From NCBI GenBank assembly GCA_051382295.1, contig JBBCAW010000123.1, positions 1-30,706 of the forward strand: 30,706 nt of DNA, in the 5' to 3' direction. The notes beneath the pieces are model-generated. The model was not told the DNA's origin and searched no databases. It was given only the letters and a program-made list of their open reading frames with translations. The position numbers and the translations under genes were made by a program. The DNA comes from Bdellovibrionota bacterium FG-1. Lineage in GTDB: Bacteria > Bdellovibrionota > UBA1018. Shown here in pieces: positions 17,541-25,745 of the stretch (its first letter is position 1; every line of letters starts with the position of its first letter).

Positions 17541-19139
17541 ATGGAATACGATTACATTATTATCGGCTCAGGTTTTGGTGGAAGCGTTTCGGCTCTGCGG
17601 TTGGCCGAAAAGGGTTACAAGGTTTGTGTTTTGGAACGCGGAAAACGTTACCAGGACTCTGATTTTGCCCAAACCAACTGGGATGTTCGCCGTTTTTTAT
17701 GGATGCCCCTCCTCAAATGTTTTGGCATTCAAAACCTGAGCCTTTTCAAAAACATTCTCGTGCTCAGCGGTTCAGGTGTGGGAGGGGGAAGCCTCGTTTA
17801 TGCCAACACTCTCCTTGAGCCAGGCAAGGATTTCTTCGAAGCTCCTATTTGGAAAGACCTCGCCGATTGGAAAGCAGAGCTCAGCCCTCATTACGCCGCT
17901 GCCCGTCAGATGCTGGGGGTGACTCCTAACCCCCGCCTCAACTTCGTCGATGAGACCCTGCGGGACATTGCCGTTGAAATGGGCCGCGGTGATACCTTCA
18001 AAACAGCCGATGTTGGAGTGTTTTTTGGTGAATCTGGAAAGACCGTTCCAGATCCCTACTTTGGGGGAAAAGGGCCTGAACGCGCGGGATGCAAATTCTG
18101 CGGCGGATGCATGGTCGGCTGCCGACATAATGCGAAAAATACTTTAGTCAAAAACTACCTCTATTTTGCCGAAAAACAGGGAATCAATATCATTTCTGAG
18201 CAGCAAGTGACCGATATTCGGCCCATTGAAACCGCTCAGGGCGTCCAAGGGTATGAAGTCCAGGCAGAATGCTCAACAGCTTGGTTCTCGAAAAAACCAA
18301 GGATCTTGAAGGCACGGCAAATTATTGTTTCAGCCGGCGTATTGGGAACGCTCAGTCTCCTTCTGCGTTGTAAATTTGTCACTCGCAGTCTTTCGCGTAT
18401 TTCGGAGCGATTAGGACACGATGTCCGAACCAATAGTGAAGCGCTCATTGGAGTTTCAGAGTTAGGGGCTACCGAAGAACGGGATTATAGCAAAGGCGTC
18501 GCTATTTCCTCCGTTTTTCACCCTGATAATCACACCCATATCGAGCCAGTTCGCTACTCCCATGGCTCAGACTTTATGAGACTACTGGCCGCCCCCATGA
18601 CAGATGGCGGGAACCGACTGATCCGACCGCTTAAATTTATTCTGACTTTGCTTTCAAAACCAGTCGACACAATCCGCCTCCTTTTTAACCGAAACTGGGC
18701 GGGCACCACGGTTATTCTTCTGGTCATGCAAACTCTGGATAACAAAATGAGTTTTAAATTAGGGCGAAGCCTTTTTACGTTTTTCCGGAAAAAACTCACC
18801 ACCGCCCCCGAGGAGGGCTCACTTCGGGTGCCCAGTTACATTCCTATCGGGCATCAAGTTGCCCGGGCCTTTGCAAAAAAAGTAGGAGGAATCCCTCAAA
18901 GCGCGCTCAATGAAGTCGTACTCAGCATCCCGACTACCGCCCATATCCTAGGTGGCTGCGGAATTGGCGCTTCCCCGAAGACCGGAGTCATTGACCAAAA
19001 CCACCAAGTTTTTGGCTATCCTGGCCTTTATATTTGTGACGGCTCGACCATTCCCGCCAATCTTGGCGTCAATCCAAGCCTCACGATCACGGCACTCACT
19101 GAAAGAGCAATGAGCAGAATTCCAAAAAAAACCCATTAG
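17541..19139 (+). CDS. GMC oxidoreductase, cholesterol oxidase (ChoD)-like
   Basis: IIGSGFGG FAD motif, GGGSLVYANTL, CKFCGGCMVGC, HILGGC, NLGVNPSLTITALTERAM. Confidence 0.88.
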   Translation: MEYDYIIIGSGFGGSVSALRLAEKGYKVCVLERGKRYQDSDFAQTNWDVRRFLWMPLLKCFGIQNLSLFKNILVLSGSGVGGGSLVYANTLLEPGKDFFEAPIWKDLADWKAELSPHYAAARQMLGVTPNPRLNFVDETLRDIAVEMGRGDTFKTADVGVFFGESGKTVPDPYFGGKGPERAGCKFCGGCMVGCRHNAKNTLVKNYLYFAEKQGINIISEQQVTDIRPIETAQGVQGYEVQAECSTAWFSKKPRILKARQIIVSAGVLGTLSLLLRCKFVTRSLSRISERLGHDVRTNSEALIGVSELGATEERDYSKGVAISSVFHPDNHTHIEPVRYSHGSDFMRLLAAPMTDGGNRLIRPLKFILTLLSKPVDTIRLLFNRNWAGTTVILLVMQTLDNKMSFKLGRSLFTFFRKKLTTAPEEGSLRVPSYIPIGHQVARAFAKKVGGIPQSALNEVVLSIPTTAHILGGCGIGASPKTGVIDQNHQVFGYPGLYICDGSTIPANLGVNPSLTITALTERAMSRIPKKTH

Positions 19140-19142
19140 GGT

Positions 19143-19586
19143 TTAACTTCGCCTTTGAGCAAAAAAATCTTTGAGCACTTGGCCACACTCGGCCCGTTCT
19201 TCCAACCGAACGATAAATCGATGGTTGAACCTCTGATCCGTGTGCAGGGAGTAACCGAGACTCAACGCGCCCCCTTTAGGATCGACCGTTCCATACACGA
19301 CTTCGCTCAAGCGCGCCTGCTGACAAGCCCCGAGACACATCGGGCAGGGTTCGAGCGTCACATATAAAACACAATCCAAAAGCCGCCAGCTCCCCAAGGC
19401 ATCGGTAGCTTGAATGATCGCTTCAATCTCAGCATGAGAGCAGGGGTTTTGATCCTGTTCGCGCCGATTATAGCCGCAACCAACCACTTTACCTTCGTGA
19501 ACAATAACAGCCCCGACGGGGACTTCTTGCTCTTGCGCTGCCTGGACCGCGAGAATCAGCGCCTGCCCCATCCAGTCGGTTGACAT
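19143..19586 (-). CDS. tadA: tRNA adenosine(34) deaminase TadA
   Basis: EVPVGAV, HAE, TLEPCPMC, DPKGGA. Confidence 0.92.
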   Translation of the reverse strand: MSTDWMGQALILAVQAAQEQEVPVGAVIVHEGKVVGCGYNRREQDQNPCSHAEIEAIIQATDALGSWRLLDCVLYVTLEPCPMCLGACQQARLSEVVYGTVDPKGGALSLGYSLHTDQRFNHRFIVRLEERAECGQVLKDFFAQRRS

Positions 19587-19592
19587 AAAAGG

Positions 19593-20411
19593 CTACGCCG
19601 AACCCTGAGCACGTCGATGCTCAATCTCATCCAGCCGACGGATAAACTCTTCCTGGCTCATCAGATAACGGGATCGACGATAAAGTTGCGCGATCTTTTG
19701 CAACTGACCATTCACCTGTCTCAGCTTTCGCTTCTGCGCCCTTGATTTAATCGCAAATTTAACCCCGACTCCCTTGGGGTGAGTTACGCCGCTTTGGGTC
19801 CGCCAGACGACCACCCCCTCGCAATCGAGCGACAACCCAAAAACCTGAAAACCGAGACAAAGAAGCTCATGCAGCTCGAGGTCGGTGCGCAATTTAATGA
19901 AACAGCCCCCTATCGAAAGATCAAGAATTTCGCCGTCAATCGCTTGGGCAGAGCCACCAGCGGACCGCTGGATTCGGACAGGCACTGAAAGTTTATAGCG
20001 AGGATTGGTTTCCCACCAACGGATCTTAGGGAAAAAATACGGAACCCGCATCTCCTTGGAAATCCGATGCACCAGCCCCCCCCAAAGGAGCAGGGACGCA
20101 AGAAAAGCGAGAGCTTTGTAATGACTTTCGCCATAACTATGAACGACCCGTGCGCTTTCAAACGTGGTTAACACCCCGGAAATCAGGATGAGATACCACG
20201 CCCAGTGGCGCATTTCCCAAAGGCCATATCCGGCGAGCATCGACAGCGCGGAGACCAAATAAAACGAAGGAAAAAGCAGGATCGCCTCAACATTCAACAA
20301 AGGAATATCAAACAAGATCGTGATGATCACTAAATAGGTCACGGGGAACACCATGTACGCGACCGCGATAAATTTCAAAAACCTCGATACATAGTTTTTC
20401 ACAGTCTTCAA
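19593..20411 (-). CDS. 4-TM membrane protein with C-terminal PilZ domain
   Basis: N-terminal TMs; WWETNPRY, DLSIGGCF, GVVVW, GVGVKF; TTG start. Confidence 0.85.
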   Translation of the reverse strand: MKTVKNYVSRFLKFIAVAYMVFPVTYLVIITILFDIPLLNVEAILLFPSFYLVSALSMLAGYGLWEMRHWAWYLILISGVLTTFESARVVHSYGESHYKALAFLASLLLWGGLVHRISKEMRVPYFFPKIRWWETNPRYKLSVPVRIQRSAGGSAQAIDGEILDLSIGGCFIKLRTDLELHELLCLGFQVFGLSLDCEGVVVWRTQSGVTHPKGVGVKFAIKSRAQKRKLRQVNGQLQKIAQLYRRSRYLMSQEEFIRRLDEIEHRRAQGSA

Positions 20412-20442
20412 CCTTGTCGTAGAGTCGGGATAAAAAGTCAGA

Positions 20443-20994
20443 CTAAGCCGCGCGATCTACCGAACCCACCTCATTTTTACCTGCTGGATGATCGGTATCA
20501 TTTTCGGTTGCATGGAGGTCTTCCCGATATCGTTTCATCTGGAGATTATAGGCGTCTGCCACTTCCTGAAAAAAATCGTTCTTACGAAACCGAACATCCG
20601 AAATAGTCTCACCCTGGGCGACCCGAATGAGATGTTTTTTAAGACGATAAAGAGGCCCAGCCACCCGATGAGAAAGAACCAAACCCCAAATAGTTAAAAA
20701 GGTCAATGCCACCGCGGCAGAAATACCGTAGTAAAAATTTTTGGTACCTTGCTGTTCTGCAAGGAACTGAAAAAAAACGTGATTGGAAGGAAGGCCCAGC
20801 CCCTCACCCAGTTGATGAAATTTCCAAAAAAAATAAGCGTCCGCCGCGTAAAAAAAACCAATAATCAAAGCCGAAATCCCAAGCGTGTACGCCAAAAAGG
20901 CGAGCTGGAACTGAGGATTAATCAAAAGTTTGCGTCGACCCGATGCTGCGTCGACTCTAGGTTCAGACTGGTTATTTGCCTCGACCATAAACAC
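20443..20994 (-). CDS. Two-TM protein with HAMP-like domain and no output domain
   Basis: RRKLLINPQFQ, two TMs, SHRVAGPLYRL...RFRKNDFFQEVADAYN; ends DRAA. Confidence 0.7.
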   Translation of the reverse strand: MFMVEANNQSEPRVDAASGRRKLLINPQFQLAFLAYTLGISALIIGFFYAADAYFFWKFHQLGEGLGLPSNHVFFQFLAEQQGTKNFYYGISAAVALTFLTIWGLVLSHRVAGPLYRLKKHLIRVAQGETISDVRFRKNDFFQEVADAYNLQMKRYREDLHATENDTDHPAGKNEVGSVDRAA

Positions 20995-21112
20995 CCCTTC
21001 ATGTAATGAGTCTTCCTTAAGTATTTTTTATTTGATCAAAATAGTCAACATTTTTATGAAAAGTAAACAAATCGGTGGATTTTTTCTTTTAATTCAATCA
21101 TTTAAGATCATT

Positions 21113-21955
21113 ATGAAGATCCTGATCACCGGTGCCTCCAGTGGCTTTGGTCAACTCGCTCTACCCCTGCTCCTGCAGCGAAATCACACCGTTATCGCGG
21201 CGATCCGAGGTGGACCGTCCCGACTCAAAACCCTCTTTGAAAAAGAATTGAAGCAATACCCCGACCACCTTTTTGCGATTGATGTCCACATGGAACGCGC
21301 GGAAACTCTTGCCGCAGCTAAGATTTGGATTGACGAACAATGGGATGGAAAACTCGACGTGCTTATCAACAATGCGGGATACGGGCTTTTTGGAGCGCTC
21401 GAAGATCTGCATCCCGATCAACTTAAACATCAACTCGAAGTCAACCTAGTCGGGACGGCTTTACTGACTCGAGAACTCCTTCCAGCCTTAAGAGCAGCCC
21501 GGGGTCGAATCATTAACGTCAGCAGCATCGTGGGCCTCGTGAGCTTTCCTTTTTATGGCGCCTACTCCGCCAGTAAATTCGCGCTCGAGGGACTCAGCGA
21601 GGGCTTGTATTACGAGCTTAAACCTCACGGAGTGCAAGTCTGCCTGGTCGAGCCCGGCGGATTCGCAACGGATTTCAGCCTCAGATCACGAGTCTTTGCT
21701 AGCGCAGTGGACTCACCCTATGGTTTACGCGCCAGGGCGCTTGAAGACACTTTTGAAACTTCCTCAAGTCGGCTGGCCGATCCTTTAAAAGTGGCGCGGC
21801 TTCTCGTGAATTATTGCGAAAAATCGCGACTCCCATTTCGTACACTCGTGGGCTTGGATGCCCATTTCATGGCCTTCATGCGCTGGTTTTTACCTACCCG
21901 GTTTCGCATGACGTTGATTTATTGGGCCTTTCGGATATTTGTGTTCAAGGATTAA
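21113..21955 (+). CDS. Classical SDR oxidoreductase
   Basis: ITGASSGFG, NNAG, VSS, YSASK, VEPG; start at MKILITG. Confidence 0.9.
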   Translation: MKILITGASSGFGQLALPLLLQRNHTVIAAIRGGPSRLKTLFEKELKQYPDHLFAIDVHMERAETLAAAKIWIDEQWDGKLDVLINNAGYGLFGALEDLHPDQLKHQLEVNLVGTALLTRELLPALRAARGRIINVSSIVGLVSFPFYGAYSASKFALEGLSEGLYYELKPHGVQVCLVEPGGFATDFSLRSRVFASAVDSPYGLRARALEDTFETSSSRLADPLKVARLLVNYCEKSRLPFRTLVGLDAHFMAFMRWFLPTRFRMTLIYWAFRIFVFKD

Positions 21956-21971
21956 TCGCTTACGCTGCCGA

Positions 21972-23009
21972 TCAAACCGCGTCCAACCCCCATAACCAAA
22001 GGGGCAAAGCCCCCTCCGCAGGGCCGAAAAAAAGGCGGCAGGCGGCCATATTAGGCGTCACCATCAGGGGATCATCCTTGGATAAAGCCAATCCATAAGC
22101 AGCGGAAATCTTAGGTACATCAAGAGCCCGGGCCATGCACAAAAATTCAACCTCTGCCCGAGGCGCCCCCAATTGCCACGCTGAAAGCAGGTCAGGACTG
22201 GCCAAAAGTTGAGCCTCAGGTCTTTCCATTTTAATCAGGTGTAATAATACCTTAATTGCCGCTGAACTCTCGCCGCCCCATTCATGAACAACCCCCTGAA
22301 GATCAATCCCCCGATCGATCGCCGCATAGGCCAAGGGGGTTTCTGGGTCACCCAGCCAATACCACTGCACATTTTTATGAGCCTCAAGCCATCGTTCATC
22401 CACACCGGAATGCCTGATTCCCGTCCCACGAAGCCGCAAACACCTCAGCAACGAAGGAATCCATCCTCGCCCAAGGACCACTCGGGCAAAATCAGGGTCT
22501 GGACCCAGATCTAATTGAGACAAGGGGACGCGCACCTGCATCCCACAAAGCTCAAACCCCAAACGCTCATATAAGTGAAGTTCTGATCCCCACAATAGAA
22601 CAAGAGCCGCACCCCGCTCACGCGCCCATTCCACGGCAATCGAAACCGTACGGGAGGCCAATCCCCGCCCCCGAGCAGAGGGCGCAGTAGCAACGGCACC
22701 CATCAGCGCGACTTTAAGATCGCCAGCCGGAACCCTCAAGTCGGCAAGCCTGACTCCAGCGCAAGAAACCAGCTCCTCGCGTTGCCAAACCCCCACCCGA
22801 AATACACGGTCGCTATGAGGACCGACCGCCTCATTCCAAACGGGAAAATCGTCAAAAAAGTGCGCCCCGGCAGGAACACTAAAGGACTCATCTAATAACC
22901 TCGAAAATTGGGCTGATTTTTCAGGTCCTTCGATGAGATCCAGATTCAGAGTCTCAAGGATTTTAGGGGATTCAAGACTCTCTGGGGGCAAGGTTATTGG
23001 TGCATCCAT
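21972..23009 (-). CDS. GNAT family N-acetyltransferase (Eis-like N-domain)
   Basis: AVATAPSARGRGLAS acetyl-CoA motif A, LYERLGF. Confidence 0.85.
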   Translation of the reverse strand: MDAPITLPPESLESPKILETLNLDLIEGPEKSAQFSRLLDESFSVPAGAHFFDDFPVWNEAVGPHSDRVFRVGVWQREELVSCAGVRLADLRVPAGDLKVALMGAVATAPSARGRGLASRTVSIAVEWARERGAALVLLWGSELHLYERLGFELCGMQVRVPLSQLDLGPDPDFARVVLGRGWIPSLLRCLRLRGTGIRHSGVDERWLEAHKNVQWYWLGDPETPLAYAAIDRGIDLQGVVHEWGGESSAAIKVLLHLIKMERPEAQLLASPDLLSAWQLGAPRAEVEFLCMARALDVPKISAAYGLALSKDDPLMVTPNMAACRLFFGPAEGALPLWLWGLDAV

Positions 23010-23081
23010 GATCGGTCTCCCTCCCTCATCTTAAAGTAGAAATGAAAACTCCACACCCGGCAAAATTTTCTATAAAACACC

Positions 23082-23108
23082 TCAACTCCAGGCAGCCTTT
23101 GCCGATAG
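23082..23108 (+). promoter_or_regulatory. sigma28 (FliA) promoter
   Basis: TCAA(23082-85)-N15-GCCGATAG(23101-08), followed by AGGAGG SD and GTG start. Confidence 0.7.
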
Positions 23109-23131
23109 GCAATGATAGGAGGGCCACCTCG

Positions 23132-23425
23132 GTGTCCAAAAAGAAACATAAATTCGACCTCACGACCCTAATACATGACGGCTATCTAAAGGATGGGCAA
23201 ACCCTATTCTTTGTCAGCGACCCCAAAAAGACCTGCAAGGTCACCAAACAACCCAATGGCGAATATAAGGTTATCTTTGGACCTGAAACCATGACCGTTC
23301 ATGCTTTCGCCCAAAAGTGCCTCGGCACGGACCCCCCCGATCACGCATCGAAGTGGGTCCGCACTGAAGAAAATAAAACTTTATATGATTATTGGCATGC
23401 GGAGAATTACGCAAAAGCAGCTTAA
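23132..23425 (+). CDS. Small RAMA/TDBD-like putative nucleic-acid-binding protein (97 aa)
   Basis: GTG start after AGGAGG; LTTLIHDGYLKDGQTLFF...TVHAFA...KWVRTEENKTLYDY resembles the RAMA pattern by eye; ends ENYAKAA. Confidence 0.55.
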   Translation: MSKKKHKFDLTTLIHDGYLKDGQTLFFVSDPKKTCKVTKQPNGEYKVIFGPETMTVHAFAQKCLGTDPPDHASKWVRTEENKTLYDYWHAENYAKAA

Positions 23426-23460
23426 TGCTATTTTTTGATTAAGAAAAAAAGAAACAAATC

Positions 23461-23509
23461 ATGAGGCTAGGCGCAATAAAAAATAATTGCGTCTAGCCTC
23501 ATTTTTTTT
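23461..23509 (+). terminator. 17-bp-stem hairpin with T-run, abutting the flagellin promoter
   Basis: ATGAGGCTAGGCGCAAT-N8-ATTGCGTCTAGCCTCAT then a T-run. Confidence 0.75.
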
Positions 23510-23510
23510 C

Positions 23511-23537
23511 TAAAGAGTTTTTTTGGACCGCCGATCA
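23511..23537 (+). promoter_or_regulatory. sigma28 (FliA) promoter of flagellin 1
   Basis: TAAA(23511-14)-N15-GCCGATCA(23530-37). Confidence 0.85.
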
Positions 23538-23543
23538 GTGAAT

Positions 23544-23692
23544 TGTAAGCAGGAATGGGAATCAGGGTCTGCGCCAGGAGGTGCGGATCGGAAGCCCGAA
23601 AAGACTGCCACACGAATGTAGACTCATTCAGGCTATGGATGGCCGGGAAAGCTCTTGCAGCTTTCTGAACTTTAACCTTCATGGAGGAAGGT
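23544..23692 (+). promoter_or_regulatory. Flagellin 1 5' leader with GGA-loop hairpins (CsrA-type sites)
   Basis: Stem-loops 23566-23589 (loop AGGA), 23631-23644 (UGGA), 23675-23692 (AUGGAG, covers SD). Confidence 0.65.
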
Positions 23693-24541
23693 ATGGGACT
23701 GCGGATCAATACAAACGTACCCGCCCTCGTTGCGCAAAGAAATTTGCGTACGACCCGCGCCTCCCTCGACAGAACCCTTGAAAGACTCGCCTCTGGATCC
23801 CGCATCAACCATGCTGGCGACGATGCCGCAGGGTTAGCCATCTCCGAAAGTTTACGCGCCCAAATCCGCGGCCTTGGCATGGCCGAACGGAATGCGCAAG
23901 ACGGCGTCTCACTCGTGCAGGTCGCTGAAAGCGCCATGGGTGAAATTTCCAACCTTTTAATCCGAATGCGTGAACTGGGAGTCCAAGCCTCCTCCGATAC
24001 GATCGGACCCGATGAACGCAAATTCTTAGATCTCGAATTCCAAGAAAACCTTGCTGAAATCGATCGAATCGCCAACAGCACTGAATTTAATCGTGTTCCC
24101 CTACTCAACGGATCTGCTTCGATGTTCGAGGTCCAAGTAGGAACCCGCAATAACCCCGCGGTTGATCGAATCAAATTATTTGATGGTGCCTCGGCCGATG
24201 TCAACGTCGTAGCCCTGGGCCTCAACTTAAGCACGGTAGGCGACAAAGCCTCAGCGCAAAACTCCTTAAGTTCGGTCGATGGGGCACTCCAATCCGTCAC
24301 CTCGATTCGAGCCGAGTTTGGGGCCATGCAAAATCGCCTACAATCAATCATCAATAACCTACAGGTGAGCAAAGAAAATCTGTCGGCGGCCAATTCGCGA
24401 ATTCGGGATGCAGATCTTGCGGAAGAAACGACCGAACTCACGAAAAATCAAATTCTGCAACAGTCAGGCATCTCCGTGCTCGGCCAAGCCAACTCATCCA
24501 CGAAAGCAGCACTGAGCCTCCTCGGAGGGAACTCAGGATGA
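23693..24541 (+). CDS. fliC: Flagellin (short, D0/D1 only) 1
   Basis: MGLRINTN, ERLASGSRINHAGDDAAGLAIS, GAMQNRL, SRIRDAD; start after GGAGG. Confidence 0.97.
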   Translation: MGLRINTNVPALVAQRNLRTTRASLDRTLERLASGSRINHAGDDAAGLAISESLRAQIRGLGMAERNAQDGVSLVQVAESAMGEISNLLIRMRELGVQASSDTIGPDERKFLDLEFQENLAEIDRIANSTEFNRVPLLNGSASMFEVQVGTRNNPAVDRIKLFDGASADVNVVALGLNLSTVGDKASAQNSLSSVDGALQSVTSIRAEFGAMQNRLQSIINNLQVSKENLSAANSRIRDADLAEETTELTKNQILQQSGISVLGQANSSTKAALSLLGGNSG

Positions 24542-24610
24542 CAGGACTTAACCAAAAATTTAAATTTACTGAAGAGATCAATTTAAGGGAGGAACTCTCA
24601 TGTAAAAAAG

Positions 24611-24850
24611 TTTGACCCGAAAGCGAAGGCACGTTGCCTGAGCTCGTTTCCTGGAAAGGGATTACGGCCCGCTCCGCCCAGCCATGATGGTCATGGCGAA
24701 GCGGGCCCAAACCCCGCAGAATCCAGATGTCACAGGTCAAAAAAGTGCTGTCCGCAAGGACAGAAGCGGGCAATAAAGCCTGCGATCAATAACCCAGAGC
24801 AAGGATGCTCACTGGTTCCAAGGTTGGAACCAGACTGTCAAGGAGGATAG
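24611..24850 (+). ncRNA. Highly structured intergenic/leader RNA before flagellin 2 (unclassified)
   Basis: Closing stem TTTGACC/GGTCAAA, internal hairpins, GNRA loops, GGA-loop hairpins. Confidence 0.5.
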
Positions 24851-24854
24851 GCAT

Positions 24855-24869
24855 ATGAACGGAGTCTAG
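24855..24869 (+). CDS. Mini-ORF MNGV* upstream of flagellin 2
   Basis: AGGAGG(24841-46)-8 nt-ATG AAC GGA GTC TAG, 1 nt before flagellin ATG. Confidence 0.5.
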   Translation: MNGV

Positions 24870-24870
24870 T

Positions 24871-25707
24871 ATGGGATTAAGAATTGCTACTAATGTGACT
24901 GCCTTGAATGCTCAAAGGCAGATGGCTGCTACTCGCACTAATTTGGACAGGTCTCTCGAAAGACTTGCCAGCGGTTCTCGAATTAATCATTCGGGTGACG
25001 ATGCCGCGGGTTTAGCGATATCTGAAAACTTGAAAGCCCAAGTCCGAGGAATTAGGCAGGCCAAACGAAATGCCATGGATGGGGTCTCAGTCATTCAGGT
25101 TTCGGAAGGAGGTCTGAACGAAATCTCGAACATGATGGTCCGATTGCGCGAACTGGCCATCCAATCTTCTTCTGATACCATCGGTGATACCGAACGTCAG
25201 TTTGCGGATCGGGAATTCCAGTCGCTCAAGCAAGAAATTGACCGAATCGCCAATGCGACCCAATTTAACGGCACTCCGCTTTTGAATGGGAAATCCGGGA
25301 TCTTTGAGATCCAAGTGGGTACGCATAACAACCCGATCCTCGACCGAATCGTCTATAACGGCGAAAGGTCGGACGCGTCACTCGACGCGCTTAAGCTCGG
25401 GGGAGAGTCGGTGGCCACCAAGCAAGGAGCGCAGCTCAGCCTGTCAGTGATTGACGACGCGTTAATCCGGGTCAATAGTATCCGCGCTGATTTGGGCGCC
25501 ATGCAAAACCGGCTTCAGTCAACGATCAACAACTTGGCCATCAGCGACGAAAATCTGTCATCCGCCAACTCGCGAATTCGCGACACGGACATGGCAGAAG
25601 AAGTCTCCGAAATGACCAAGCAAAACGTCTTGATGCAATCTGGCATCGCAGTGCTGAGCCAAGCGAACCAAACGAACCAAGCAGCTCTTAAACTGTTGCA
25701 AGGTTAA
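24871..25707 (+). CDS. fliC: Flagellin 2
   Basis: Flagellin N- and C-terminal motifs; 278 aa. Confidence 0.97.
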   Translation: MGLRIATNVTALNAQRQMAATRTNLDRSLERLASGSRINHSGDDAAGLAISENLKAQVRGIRQAKRNAMDGVSVIQVSEGGLNEISNMMVRLRELAIQSSSDTIGDTERQFADREFQSLKQEIDRIANATQFNGTPLLNGKSGIFEIQVGTHNNPILDRIVYNGERSDASLDALKLGGESVATKQGAQLSLSVIDDALIRVNSIRADLGAMQNRLQSTINNLAISDENLSSANSRIRDTDMAEEVSEMTKQNVLMQSGIAVLSQANQTNQAALKLLQG

Positions 25708-25745
25708 AAAGTAGGGCGAAGTGAACAGCAAGAAGTATGACTAGA

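Noticed and set aside
20930..21112. N-terminal extension of the SDR ORF (likewise the track's extensions for xerC, trmFO, KimA-like, DUF423, GMC, RAMA-like)
   Set aside because: Family homology begins at downstream starts; extensions cross promoters or neighbouring genes
23467..24441. 324-aa antisense ORF over flagellin 1
   Set aside because: Shadow frame of a conserved gene; no start signals or motifs
24569..24660. Possible hammerhead ribozyme (CTGAAGA ... CGAAA ... stem III)
   Set aside because: Stem II is mismatched next to the core and no stem I partner exists
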